From an uncultured Verrucomicrobiae bacterium (GTDB lineage: Bacteria; Verrucomicrobiota; Verrucomicrobiia; Limisphaerales; JAFGQR01): a stretch of DNA of 64,000 nucleotides. The position numbers and the translations under genes were made by a program. The first letter of the stretch is position 1. The number at the start of each line of letters is the position of its first letter. The notes under the pieces were generated by a model that saw only the letters and a list, made by a program, of their open reading frames with translations, did not search any database and was not told the DNA's origin. Of the stretch, positions 1-10,361 are shown in pieces. The stretch is taken from positions 1 through 64,000 of the forward strand of contig CAWBHS010000076.1 in the NCBI GenBank assembly GCA_963788655.1, given 5' to 3'.

Positions 1-357
1 CAGTTCGCGCACAAGGGGTAGGGAGCCCAGGAACTCGAACGTCAAATCGCGTGTGACTGATCGCAATTTCTTCTTCGTTGCCGCTTCGGTCACCGCATAT
101 TCCAGCGCCTTGCCAATTTCCTTCTCCAACCGCCCGGCCACTGACTCTAGGAGTTTTTCGGTATGGGATTTGATTTCCGAGGCGGGAAGCGTCGCGTCGT
201 CAAAGAATCCTGGGAATAAGAGTCGCAACAAGTCCATGGTGACGGCGGCCATGGCGGTTTTGGACGGCAGGTTCTTGCCATCCAAATGGTTGATGCCTCC
301 CACTTGGGTGTAGGAGGCAATCAATTGGTCGGCCAGTTGTTTCACCTTCGTATGCAC
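1..357 (-). CDS. cysE: Serine O-acetyltransferase, N-terminal part (runs off window start)
   Basis: Own translation from GTG at 357: VHTKVKQLADQLIASYTQVGGINHLDGKNLPSK...LLRLLFPGFF...FLGSLPLVREL. Matches the N-terminus of EpsC-type serine acetyltransferases; frame is open to base 1. Confidence 0.8.
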   Translation of the reverse strand, partial: MHTKVKQLADQLIASYTQVGGINHLDGKNLPSKTAMAAVTMDLLRLLFPGFFDDATLPASEIKSHTEKLLESVAGRLEKEIGKALEYAVTEAATKKKLRSVTRDLTFEFLGSLPLVREL

Positions 358-422
358 GGCAGCAGTATCCTGTGGCAGACGCGGAAACGCAAGGGGTGCG
401 TCGGCAACGACCGGCACTTTTG

Positions 423-2372
423 TTACGGTCGGTGTAAGTGGTCAAGGATAGCTTCCAAGTCAAACACACAGCCGCCCCAGGTGCCGCCGCTGGTTTGTTG
501 CAGGGCGGCCCAGAGCCGCGTGTCAGCGGGCAGGTTCGCTGCTGGAGCAAGATCATCGCGTGCGGGTCGGCGTGCCAAAATCTGAGCACCTTCTTCTGGA
601 GGAAACCGCTGTTGGCCTTCGCCCACAAAATCCACGGTGCCTTCCAATTTATTGCGGTCGATCACCACGCGAATCCAATCGCCATCGCGCAGTTTGCCCA
701 GGGGCCCGCCGGCCAGTGCCTCGGGGCCAACGTGGCCGATGCAGGCGCCGGTGGACACGCCGGAAAATCGCGCGTCGGTAATCAGCGTCACGTGCTTGCC
801 GAAAGGCAGATGTTTGAGCGCCGAGGTGAGTTGAAACGTTTCCTCCATGCCGGTGCCCAACGGGCCACAGCCGGCCAGCACCAAAACGTCGCCGGCTTGG
901 ACGCGCCCTTGTTTCACGGCGGCAATGGCGTCCTGTTCACGAACGAACACCTTCGCCGGACCTTCCCGCCGGAACACGCCATTCGCATCCACGACGGACG
1001 GATCGATGGCCGTGCTCTTGATGACGGAACCTTCGGGCGCCAGGTTGCCACGGGGGAAAGTCACCGTGCTGGTCAATCCCCGCGCGCGGGCCCGTTCCGG
1101 GGGCAGAATGACATCGTCGGGATCCACGCCATCCAGTTGCCGCAACAACTCGCGGAAACGCTGTCGGCGTTCGCTGGTTTCCCAGGCGTTCAATGTCGCT
1201 TCGAGCGGTTGGCCGGTTACCGTCAGAACGCGCGTGTCCAGCAGTCCCAACCGGCGCAGGTGCAACATTACTTCGGGCACGCCGCCGGCCAGGAACACGC
1301 GCACCGTCGGATGGTCAGTCGGCCCGTTCGGCAGCACGTCCACCAAGCGGGGCACCTGACGGTTCACGGTAATCCAATCCTCGACCGTGGGCCGGGGCAA
1401 TCCCGCCGCGTGGGCGATGGCGGGAATGTGCAGCAGCAAATTAGTAGAACCACCAAAGGCGGCGTGGACAACCATGGCATTGCGCACACTGGCGGCAGTC
1501 AGAATGTCTTTGAGTGCGATGCCTGCGGTATCGAGTTGGCACAAAGCCTGGGCAGAACGCACCGCCATATCGGTCCAGACCGGTTGCCCCGAAGGCGCCA
1601 GCGCCGAATGGGGCAAGGACAATCCCAAGGCTTCCCCCACGACTTGCGACGTGGCGGCCGTGCCGAGAAACTGGCACCCGCCGCCGGGAGTGGCGCAGGC
1701 ACGACAGCCCAATTCCGCGGCCTCCTCGACCGTGATCAGCCCATGCGCAAACCGGACGCCCAGCGTCTGGATTTTGCCGGCGTCTTCCCCGTGTTCCGGC
1801 GGCAGGGTCACGCCGCCAGGCACGAGCACGCAGGGCAGTTCCCTGGTGCCGGCCAGGGCCATCATCATGGCGGGCAATCCTTTGTCGCACGTGGCGATGC
1901 CCAGGACGCCAGCGCGAGTGGGCAGCGAACGAATCAGGCGGCGCAACAGAATGGCGGCATCGTTGCGGTAAGGGAGACTGTCGAACATGCCGGGAGTTCC
2001 TTGCGTGCGGCCATCGCAAGGATCGGAGCAAAACGCGGCAAACGGAATGGTCTTCATTCGTCGGAACTCGACCGCGGCGGCGCGCACCAGCGCCTCGATT
2101 TCCCAATGGCCCGTGTGATAGCCGAGCGCGATGGGCTTGCCTTCGGGCGTTCGCAGACCGCCTTGCGTGCTGAGGATGAGAAATTCTTTGCGGCCCAACT
2201 CGCCCGGCGTCCATCCCATCCCGGCATCCTGCGTGAGCCCAAAGATGTCCCCGCTGGGCCGGGTGCGCAGCATCTCTTCGGTCAATGGTAATTTCCCCAT
2301 TGGACCGGGCGCCTTGGTTTGAATCTGATAAATATCGGTGGCGACCGGGGCGATGTCGTCGGGCAGCTTCAT
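423..2372 (-). CDS. YjhG/YagF-family D-xylonate dehydratase (IlvD/Edd family)
   Basis: 649 aa with motifs [54 protein letters not shown]. Confidence 0.92.
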   Translation of the reverse strand: MKLPDDIAPVATDIYQIQTKAPGPMGKLPLTEEMLRTRPSGDIFGLTQDAGMGWTPGELGRKEFLILSTQGGLRTPEGKPIALGYHTGHWEIEALVRAAAVEFRRMKTIPFAAFCSDPCDGRTQGTPGMFDSLPYRNDAAILLRRLIRSLPTRAGVLGIATCDKGLPAMMMALAGTRELPCVLVPGGVTLPPEHGEDAGKIQTLGVRFAHGLITVEEAAELGCRACATPGGGCQFLGTAATSQVVGEALGLSLPHSALAPSGQPVWTDMAVRSAQALCQLDTAGIALKDILTAASVRNAMVVHAAFGGSTNLLLHIPAIAHAAGLPRPTVEDWITVNRQVPRLVDVLPNGPTDHPTVRVFLAGGVPEVMLHLRRLGLLDTRVLTVTGQPLEATLNAWETSERRQRFRELLRQLDGVDPDDVILPPERARARGLTSTVTFPRGNLAPEGSVIKSTAIDPSVVDANGVFRREGPAKVFVREQDAIAAVKQGRVQAGDVLVLAGCGPLGTGMEETFQLTSALKHLPFGKHVTLITDARFSGVSTGACIGHVGPEALAGGPLGKLRDGDWIRVVIDRNKLEGTVDFVGEGQQRFPPEEGAQILARRPARDDLAPAANLPADTRLWAALQQTSGGTWGGCVFDLEAILDHLHRP

Positions 2373-2483
2373 TCCGGTAGGCTACCAGAAGACGGATGTT
2401 GAGACACGGAGATTCGGCTACGTGTGAGCTCAACCACACGGATACTGAGGAATCGTCGGCCAGGGCTATAAAATGGCTTCAGT

Positions 2484-2600
2484 CCGCTACCGCAGATTTC
2501 CAATCTGCTGGCCGCCACGCCAATCCTGGTCGGCTCCGTAGCTGCGGACGGCTGGCTGAATGCCATTCGGCGATTCAGCAGATTGAAAATCTGCGCTACG
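2484..2600. repeat. REP-like inverted doublet, family D (GTAGCGCAGATTTTCAATCTGCTG)
   Basis: cgcagatttccaatctgctg ... cagcagattgaaaatctgcgctac; a related copy lies at about 44430-44523. Confidence 0.75.
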
Positions 2601-2701
2601 GAAAAGGGTAATCCATCCAGCCGTCTCATCAGTATTTGCCTGGGCCTACTGATGAGCGCTTGGGATGGACGACGCATGGTGACATTCAATCGGCTCGTTC
2701 T

Positions 2702-2834
2702 CCCTCACCCTAACCTTCTCCCCAAGGAGAGGGAACAGATGGAGGTGCCGCTACGGAAACCAAGGGACATCGTGTTTTCAGAAGACCGGTCATCGATTCT
2801 CCCTTTCCCTGGGGGAGAGGGCCAGGGTGAGGGG
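2702..2834. repeat. REP-like inverted doublet, family E (CCCTCACCC...CTCCC / GGGAGAGGG...GGGTGAGGG)
   Basis: ccctcaccctaaccttctcccc ... gggggagagggccagggtgagggg; a partial relative lies at about 38418-38448. Confidence 0.7.
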
Positions 2835-2905
2835 AAACAAAACCATCGGTTAATCCAAAGTGCATTCCATCCAGTCGACTGCACAGTAAGCGACCGAAAA
2901 GACGG

Positions 2906-3776
2906 TCAATTCTCGCGCGAAGGTCGGGCTGGTGCGGCGTTCGTTGGGCTGCCGTTGGTAGAACGGATTTTGGCCTGACACCACTCCAGGAATTGCTTTG
3001 TGTCGGCGCCGTGGTTCTCCCAGCGTGTAACAACTGAGCAAGCGGGCGATGGGATATTTCTCGGCCACGATATTCGCCACTGAAGGTCTAACCGCCGGCG
3101 CGTTTTTGCTGGCAGCGACCTTGAGCACCTTGACCACCTTGGTGGCATAGCCCAGGCCGCCATAGCCGATCGCACAGGGGGAATGCGCCACCAGTTCGAC
3201 CACGTCCTCCGAACTGGGCAACTCGACCGCATCAGCTTTGAACTGCTGGCTCGGAAACACGAATTCGCGCAAAAACTCGGCCGTGCTGGAGTCGGGTTCG
3301 CGGCCGACGCGGCTAATTACATTGGTCTCGCATTCGGGGACGGTAATCCCCAATTGCGACCAGTTGGTCAGCGTGCCGTCCTGGGCGTAAATTTGGGCGA
3401 GTTGCTCCACGGTGATTTCGTTGAGGGGATTATCCGGATGCACGAAGACCTCCACTGCGTCGCAATCCACGATAAACCGTCGAGGTTTTTTGCCCGTGGC
3501 TTTCTGTGCCCATTCGACTTCGGAGGCGGTCAGGTCACGGCTGACGTTGGCAATGTCCGCAGTGCCCAGGAGCAGCGCCGCGATGCCGTTACTCGTGCCG
3601 CCCCCGGTTACTTCCAACTGCCATTTCGGGTTCACTTGGTGATAGGTTTGGGACCGCGACAGTAGGAGGTTCACCATCACGTCGGAGCCAGTCGCTTGAA
3701 TGGTCTTCCGGTCGTCACCAATCGACGTCGTTTTCGGCTTGCAGCCGGTTTGAATCCAGCACGCCAGCACCGCCAT
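2906..3776 (-). CDS. pstS: Phosphate ABC transporter substrate-binding protein (PstS family); frameshift near 3010
   Basis: GSDVMVNL, GGGTSNGIAALL, ADIANVSR, AIGYGGLGY, YPIARLL. The natural C-terminus (TKQFLEWCQ...) continues in the 2906..3232 frame. Start uncertain. Confidence 0.8.
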
Positions 3777-3859
3777 TACGACTCCGCAACGGAGGATCCA
3801 CGGAATCCGGAATCCGATAGCAGCCCGGATATTGAAGCCCGATACATTGAATCCATGCG

Positions 3860-3942
3860 TGCGACAAAAACTCCAACCAGCGGCAATCCAAGTCTTTTTC
3901 GGCCTTCAGATTTTTTGGATTCAGATTTCGGATTTCGGACTG
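3860..3942. repeat. Degenerate heptamer-periodic intergenic repeat (GATTTCG-like)
   Basis: ttcagattttttggattcagatttcggatttcggact; similar in style to 55424-55520 and 59172-59315. Confidence 0.45.
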
Positions 3943-4769
3943 AAACAGCCTGCGCTTCTGCATAAGGTTTTGATTCGTGTTAGCCATGTGTTCGCCGAAC
4001 ATCGCCGCACCATTACGCCGCCTGGTTCCCCTACCCGGCGGACGGCAGCATTTCGCCTTCCGCGGTTGGACCGGCCAAGTTCGTGTGCCGGGCAACACCT
4101 TAATCGTTTCGCCCTCGACCTGTAAATACCCGTCGGCCAGGCATGTTGCAAGCCTCCAGCCTCACCGATAAGGGGCTGGGGTATGGGCTCAATCAGTTTT
4201 GATCGTACCCTCAAATGGGTTGTCAGCACACCTTGGGAAACAGCCTGAAAATAGCGATAAATTACGAGCAGTCGGGACTGACCCTTTGGTAATCCCTTGA
4301 TTGCTTTCGGAAGAAATATCAAGGCAAGACAGCTTAAAAACCGCGTTTTAACTCATTGCTTCACTCTCGACAATCAAAGTTCATCCGTGCGGAGCGCCAG
4401 AAACAAAATCCCTTTGGGCCGCAGCGATGGTGGAGCGTCGGTTGATTTTACACATTCTTAGGGAAGACATTCACAGTGGCAAAACGATTGAAAACATTGC
4501 TGATTCGTTCCCGCGTTTGCACGGAGTCTTGAAAGTGTTTCAAGAGAAACGTCGCTTGTCTTTACAGTCTTTTAGGGAAATCTGGAAAACGGTTCAGAAC
4601 GGCAAAATTCTTTTGCTCGCGCAAGCCTTTTGACTGCAAGGCCTTTTGGCACAGCATTCAATCTGTAAGGGTGGTTGGAGCAAGCCGTGCTGCTAATTGA
4701 TTTTAATTAACTGAACCCATAGCCAAGCGGCGGTGGGACAAACAATGCAATAACAACATTCGAAGGATC

Positions 4770-5514
4770 ATGAAGAAACTTACGCTATCCATTCTCAAAC
4801 GAATTATCGGGCTGACTGTCGGAAGCATGCTTGCAGGCTCCGTTACTTTTGCCATTCCCGTCACGCCGCAAGTACGATACATTCGGCAATTTAGCGGGTG
4901 CCGATTACGGTGGCTCGGGCATTCCCACTGACCCTTCGGCAATCACTACCATCGCGGACAGTGGCAATAGCATCACTCTGGGCCTAATCGCGCATCAACG
5001 CTACTCTAATCCAGCGCTAGGGAACGACGGGGCGGGAACGTTTTTTGCACCTACCGGAGAAAACTACGGAAATCCCGCGACGCCAACGACGCCGCACACT
5101 CCGAGCAGCTACTTGGGGGCGACGTGGAATGTTGGTTTCTACTTTGACTCGACCGGAGGTTCCTATACTTACAAACTGTTCTATGGCACCGACGCATCGT
5201 CTCTGCTTTCATTTGATCCCAATCTACCCGGTGACAATCACGCTACTCCGAACACCGGTGGGCAAAACTCTGTAAACCTCTTATTCGGCGATTTTGGAGC
5301 GTCCCCAATACTCTTGCTTTCGATCCTAATGCGAATGCGGACTACAGCTTTGTATTGGAGGCTTATGATTCGTCTGGTGCCGCGATAGGCAAATCCGCCA
5401 TCGTTGTTCAGGTTGGAACTGGTTCTGCGGTTCCTGACGGGGGTTCGCACCTGTTTGCTTTTGGCGGTGGGTTTGGCGGGCCTCGCGACCATTCGCCGCA
5501 AACTCGTCACTTAA
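4770..5514 (+). CDS. VPDSG-CTERM (PEP-CTERM-like) exosortase-target surface protein; about 3 frameshifts
   Basis: Signal peptide MKKLTLSILKRIIGLTVGSMLAGSVTFA at ATG 4770; body in ORFs 4831 and 5355; reconstructed tail VPDGGS-TCLLLAVGLAGLATIRRKLVT* ending at TAA 5514. Confidence 0.85.
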
Positions 5515-5540
5515 TCAAAACAATCAAATTAAAGTTGAAC

Positions 5541-5568
5541 AAGGACCGGGGAAACCCGGCCTTTTTCA
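5541..5568 (+). terminator. Rho-independent terminator after the VPDSG-CTERM gene
   Basis: ggaccggg-gaaa-cccggcc followed by tttttc. Confidence 0.75.
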
Positions 5569-5599
5569 TTTCCGCAATCGTAAGGCGCTCTGGGGAGTG

Positions 5600-6040
5600 T
5601 GATCGTAAGGGGAGAAGTTAACCTTGTGCTGGATCGCGGTGAACCGGTCGAATCAGCCTGTCGGAGGGAGTGGGACCGCGAGCGTTTGGCCAGAGGTGTG
5701 CTCATAGAGTTCCCAGATTGAGAAGCAGGCGCCACTCAAATAATGTCAAGGATATTATTCTAGGTACGGGCCGCGTAACCGGACCACGGCAATTGAAGGA
5801 GCCGCTGCTGAAGCAATTGCGGCGTAGGTGGGCGAAAATCACGATGGCAAAGCGCTACGGGAATCCGAGGCGCAAAAGGCCGAGCGGATTGTTTGAAAAG
5901 ATTTGCGCCAGCGCCGTCGGAACGAAGCAGTCTCTATGCTGCGGGCCCAATCGGATGGGATGCAGGTGTAAATCGCAACGCGGCCACGGCGTGGGGAGGT
6001 GCTGTCTCGGAGCGATCAATAGAGACTGGCACTTGGGGCG
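5600..6040 (+). pseudogene. Decayed, internally deleted REP-associated tyrosine transposase (RAYT/TnpA-REP-like)
   Basis: Own translation: GEVNLVLDRG...DRERL (resembles the GAxYHVxNRG N-terminus), then GPRQLKEPLLKQL / VGENHDGKALRESEAQKAERIV*KDLRQ...SDGMQV*IATR...HLG, resembling the verrucomicrobial RAYT C-terminus as recalled. Contains stops and frameshifts. Confidence 0.55.
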
Positions 6041-6083
6041 TGTGCTTGCGAAGGTCCTGTTCGCAACGCTCGCCGGAGCCCGT

Positions 6084-7685
6084 TCAGCGCAGCCCGGCCA
6101 ATTCCTGCAGCGTGTGCCAGTTTTCCAGACGGTCCGCGTTGGCGGCCAACAGGACGTCACTGGGATTGCCTTCTTTGTCGAATTGTTTGGCAAAGCGGCC
6201 TTCGCTCCGGGCGAAACGGATGAAGTCGTACACGTCGCCCGTCTTGGGTTCGACATACCAATCGTCTTGCGTCGCGGGATTGCCCTGGAGGCTGAGGCGT
6301 TCGCTGATTTTGGAACCTTTGCGCGGATCGTAAACCAGCACGGGGAAGGTGCGGGTTTCCACCGCAAGTTTGGACTGGGCCATCGCCATGTTGTCGCCCA
6401 CGCCGTGTTCGGGTTGGCAGGTGGTGTACACGTTCACCACCGCCGGCCCCTCGAATTCGTTCGCGGCGATGATGCTCTTGTAAAAGTGATTCGGAGTCGC
6501 GCAACTGGTTTGCGCCACAAACGTGTGCGGGTGCATCATGCAAATCTGCGCGAGTTCCTTGCGCCGTTCGCTCTTGCCCGCAATCGCGCTGCCGTGCAGG
6601 GAAAACTTGGTGTTTTGGCCGGGGAACGTGGCGGTCGAAGCCTGCCCGCCGGTGTTCGAATAGACCTGTGTGTCGAGCACCAACACTTTGATGTCCATGC
6701 CCGATGCCAGCATGCGGCTCAACGATTGAAAGCCGATGTCGAGCATCGCGCCGTCGCCGCCGATCACCCACAGCCGTTTCTTGTTCCAGCCCATTTGATT
6801 CCAGCGGGCGCGCACGCCCATCGCATCCGCGGGCGCGTTTTCAAACAGCGAATTGGTCCACGGCACCAGGTAAGGATTGTACGGATAGGTCGAAGCATAC
6901 ACCGTCGAGCAGCCCGTGGAATTGACGATGCCAATGTTTTCCTTCCCATAAACGAAACCGGTCGCAGCCAGCATCATGCGCAACGCGGTGCCCTCGCCGC
7001 AACCCATACACGAGCCGGCGCCGCCCACGTAAAGCATCGAACGTTCGGCCAGCATCATGTCGCTCAACAGCCGTTCATTGATGAATTCCGGCGGCGTCTC
7101 GGGTATCGAGCGGTAAAAGTTAAAGGTGCGCTGGTAGCGTTGCAATTCCGCGTCGTCCTTTTTGAGCATGCGCAACGCGCCGTGGTCGCCGCAGGCATCC
7201 ACGCATTCGGCGCAGCCTTTGCACTTGGTGGGATCGATGAAGATGCCGAAGTAGCCGGGTTCCTTGCCTTTCTTTTCATAGACCGACCAATACTTGGTGG
7301 TCTTGGCGAATTGTTGGGCAAAGTGTTCGCGCTCGACCGGGTCTTCGATGCGCGCCAGCTCGGCGTCCAGTTTTGATTGCGGAACGACCTTGCCGAGGAT
7401 GGCCGTATCCGGGCATTCGGTGACGCATTCCATGCAGCCGACGCACTGTTCGCTGCGCAACAACGGAATCTCGGGCGCAATGTAGGAGAAGTCGCGCAGC
7501 ACGGCGGTGCCGGCGGGAATGAATGAGCGCAGCGTGCCGGTATCGGCGGGCAGTTCCCCTTCGGCGGTGCCGCGGTTGTAAGCGCCCACGATGCGGTCGT
7601 TGAAATCCTGAACGTCCAGGAATTCATCGGTAATGGCCGGTCGGTTTACCCGTTGCTCGGTTGGCGGTGGTAAAGTTTCAATCAT
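6084..7685 (-). CDS. Pyruvate/2-oxoacid:ferredoxin oxidoreductase, ferredoxin + TPP-binding subunit
   Basis: Two 4Fe-4S motifs (CVGCMECVTECP, CKGCAECVDAC), GSCMGCGE, TGCSTVY, GGDGAMLDIG, YSNTGGQ. Confidence 0.92.
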   Translation of the reverse strand: MIETLPPPTEQRVNRPAITDEFLDVQDFNDRIVGAYNRGTAEGELPADTGTLRSFIPAGTAVLRDFSYIAPEIPLLRSEQCVGCMECVTECPDTAILGKVVPQSKLDAELARIEDPVEREHFAQQFAKTTKYWSVYEKKGKEPGYFGIFIDPTKCKGCAECVDACGDHGALRMLKKDDAELQRYQRTFNFYRSIPETPPEFINERLLSDMMLAERSMLYVGGAGSCMGCGEGTALRMMLAATGFVYGKENIGIVNSTGCSTVYASTYPYNPYLVPWTNSLFENAPADAMGVRARWNQMGWNKKRLWVIGGDGAMLDIGFQSLSRMLASGMDIKVLVLDTQVYSNTGGQASTATFPGQNTKFSLHGSAIAGKSERRKELAQICMMHPHTFVAQTSCATPNHFYKSIIAANEFEGPAVVNVYTTCQPEHGVGDNMAMAQSKLAVETRTFPVLVYDPRKGSKISERLSLQGNPATQDDWYVEPKTGDVYDFIRFARSEGRFAKQFDKEGNPSDVLLAANADRLENWHTLQELAGLR

Positions 7686-7710
7686 AAGTCAGCAGTGAAT
7701 GGAGTTCGAA

Positions 7711-9741
7711 TTATTGGGCGCCGGCGGACACTTCCCGCGCCAATGCGACTTCAGGAGAGCTGGTCTTGGATTCGGAAGCGCTTTCCGCGATCAACTCCCA
7801 CGGAATCTCTTGAACGTTCTTCAGCCCTTGTTTGACGCACATGAGGTTCTCCTGCACGACCTGGTCGCCACGTTTGCCGAAGTATTTGCGGATGTATTTT
7901 TCCACCGCGGCCAGCACCTGGTCTTCGCTCATGCCGGAACGCGCGGCAAAGGGAGTGACTTTGATAAAGATCCCCACGAGCACGACGCCCTGCATGCGCT
8001 GTTGGAGATCGGGCTCGGACGCGATTTCGCGCGCGATCTTTACGGTGTCCAGGTAGTACAGCTTGAGGCGTTTGCGCCGGATCAGTTTCCGGGCGTAAGC
8101 GGGAATGCCTTGCCAGACGGCCTGCGGATCCAGTTGATCGCTTTGGATGAACACCGAGCCTTCGTCCACAATGCCGGACAGCGGATTGCCCAGGTTGAAG
8201 GCGTTGACATCGTTCAGCGGAATAAACTCGACGTGATGCAACTCGCAATGGGTGCGAATGTGGTCCTCGGCTACGCTCAGGTAATACGTGGTCGGCAACC
8301 CTTTCTTTTCCGAGCCGTATTTGGGATAGCCCTGCACGTGCAGGTTGAACAACTCGCCAACGAACGACGCAATCAGCTTGTTGGTCGTCACTGAACCGAA
8401 GCCACCCACCGAATGGCCGCGCATCGAAAAGGCGCCGGCCGGACGTAAGTCGAGGTCTTCACTTTCCGGCAGCGCCAGCGAATGCTTCACCCCCACGACG
8501 GAAAATTGCTTGGGCTGCGCCGCAAGCATGTTGTGAACGATATCGATGAAATGCCCGCCCCGAACATCCCGCGAACCAAGCCCCGCCGAGCAACCGTAAA
8601 TCCGGGGAACGCGCTCGATGACTGGATAGTTCGACTCCGCGTACGAGCCAAACCCCAGTCCTGCCACCGCGTCGGCGAAGGCGGCCTTGATGCCCTGCGC
8701 CAGCGGATTGGCTTGGGCCAGCGGATTGTCCATCCGTTCGACCACGGTTAAGGCTTTGACGTTCTTCAGCACATCAACTAACTGGGTCGCCGGAAACGGG
8801 GCGAAACAGGTGACATGCACAACGCCGGCCTTGATGCCCAATTCCTCCCGCAAGTAATCCACCGCCGGCAGGGCGGTTTCCATCATGCCGCCCATGCCCA
8901 CCAAGGCGTACTCGGCGTCTTCCATCCGATAGGCATCAACCATCTGGTATCGGCGGCCCGTCATTCGGTAAAACTCGTCCATTGCCGCTTGGACCGCGGC
9001 CGGCACTTTGTCATAGACGTCGCGTTGCGCGATTTTGCCCTTCATGTACGCGTCCTGGTTTTGTACGACTCCGGACATCAAAGGATTCCGCGGATCGAAG
9101 AAGCACCGCAGCTTTTCGTTGGGATCGCCAATGTATTCCATCATCAACTGGGTTTCCGGCAAACGCACATTTTCAATCGTGTGCGTTGTCAGGAAACCGT
9201 CCTGCACATTGAGAAAGGGTGTTAGCGAATCTTCCGCCGCGCGACGGGCAATCAACGCCAGGTCCGTGGCTTCCTGGGCATTGCGGCCGAAGAAAATGCC
9301 CCACCCGCAATCGGCCACGCTCATTACGTCGTCGTGCCCGGCGTGAACGTTCAGCGAATGGCTGGTCAAGGCCCGCGCCCCAATGTGAAACACCACCGGG
9401 AGCCGTTTGCCGGAAATCGTGTATAACACCTCTTTCATGAGCACCAGTCCCTGGCCGGAGGTGAAATTCGTTACCCGCCCGCCCGCCAGCGCAAAACCCT
9501 CGCAGGTGGACGCGGAGGAATGCTCGGACTCCGGTTGGACAAACGCCAACGTGTCGCCCCAGAGATTCTTCTTCCCGTTGGCGACTTCCGTCTGGTAACC
9601 GGTGCCCATGGTGGTGGACGAGGTGATGGGGTAGGCGCAGGCGCCTTGCGTGATGTGGGTTTCCACCCAGGCCACCCCGCCGGCGCCGTCGGTGGTGGTG
9701 GCAATCCCCGGAAAGGGGAAACCATTGGTCGCATTACTCAT
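7711..9741 (-). CDS. Pyruvate/2-oxoacid:ferredoxin oxidoreductase, alpha+gamma domain subunit
   Basis: YPITSST, ESEHSSAS, FTSGQGLVLM, DGFLTTH, GGFGSVTTNK, YGSEKKG. ATG 9741 preferred as start. Confidence 0.92.
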   Translation of the reverse strand: MSNATNGFPFPGIATTTDGAGGVAWVETHITQGACAYPITSSTTMGTGYQTEVANGKKNLWGDTLAFVQPESEHSSASTCEGFALAGGRVTNFTSGQGLVLMKEVLYTISGKRLPVVFHIGARALTSHSLNVHAGHDDVMSVADCGWGIFFGRNAQEATDLALIARRAAEDSLTPFLNVQDGFLTTHTIENVRLPETQLMMEYIGDPNEKLRCFFDPRNPLMSGVVQNQDAYMKGKIAQRDVYDKVPAAVQAAMDEFYRMTGRRYQMVDAYRMEDAEYALVGMGGMMETALPAVDYLREELGIKAGVVHVTCFAPFPATQLVDVLKNVKALTVVERMDNPLAQANPLAQGIKAAFADAVAGLGFGSYAESNYPVIERVPRIYGCSAGLGSRDVRGGHFIDIVHNMLAAQPKQFSVVGVKHSLALPESEDLDLRPAGAFSMRGHSVGGFGSVTTNKLIASFVGELFNLHVQGYPKYGSEKKGLPTTYYLSVAEDHIRTHCELHHVEFIPLNDVNAFNLGNPLSGIVDEGSVFIQSDQLDPQAVWQGIPAYARKLIRRKRLKLYYLDTVKIAREIASEPDLQQRMQGVVLVGIFIKVTPFAARSGMSEDQVLAAVEKYIRKYFGKRGDQVVQENLMCVKQGLKNVQEIPWELIAESASESKTSSPEVALAREVSAGAQ

Positions 9742-10361
9742 AAAAAGTCCCGTCGCGGGCAAGGCCGCCAATATTCAGGTTCAAACGATGTTGCCAACAA
9801 AGCAATAATAGTAACCATTGAAGCATGTAATGGCCGAGACGCAAGTGAATTGAAAGAGGAGACTGTGCGGAGGCTAACCGAGGGAAATCCCTTTACGGGG
9901 CCTCCGACGTTCGGCCCAAACGTAAGAACACGCCGCCGCATCTGTCCATCGGCTAACTCAGCACGGGCCTCCGTTCGCGGCTACAGGTATTGAATAGACA
10001 CGGCCCCGCGCTTCCAGTTTAGCGAGGAAGTCAGCCATGGGGCGGCTGGGAATTTTCAGAAAAGCGTTTCGACCAGGTGCCCGCGGTTGCCGCCGCGCTG
10101 CTGAGCGTGGAGCTGGCCCAGCCAACGTTCGTAAACCTCCAGGCTTTTCATCGCATGGTGAGGTTGATCCGCAATCGCGCGTCGATGGGGGCATCCGCAT
10201 GATCGTCAAAGCAGCCACTCGGGACGGGGGCTTGGAATCACGGAGGGCCAGCCCCGCCCGAGTGGGCAATTCAACCACACGTTCGTAGTGGAATTGCTCT
10301 TGATGTTCCTCGCCACCGGATCCTGTTCCAGCGTGTGCTTGAAGGGGTGGCGACTCGGTGC

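Noticed and set aside
438..2291. Long antisense ORFs (also 5670..7376, 33652..35073, 48234..49493, 50898..52082)
   Set aside because: Shadow frames of well-supported genes in GC-rich DNA.
2369..3033. Short ORFs between the dehydratase and pstS
   Set aside because: Derived from REP palindromes (VAQIFNL, PHPGPLPQG).
4120..4190. Riboswitch-like segment gcaagcctccagcc...ggctgggg
   Set aside because: Only a partial resemblance to the c-di-GMP-I P3 stem; the other elements are missing.
4645..4662. Sigma-54 promoter at TTGGCACAGCATTCAA
   Set aside because: Good -24 box, but the -12 GC is absent.
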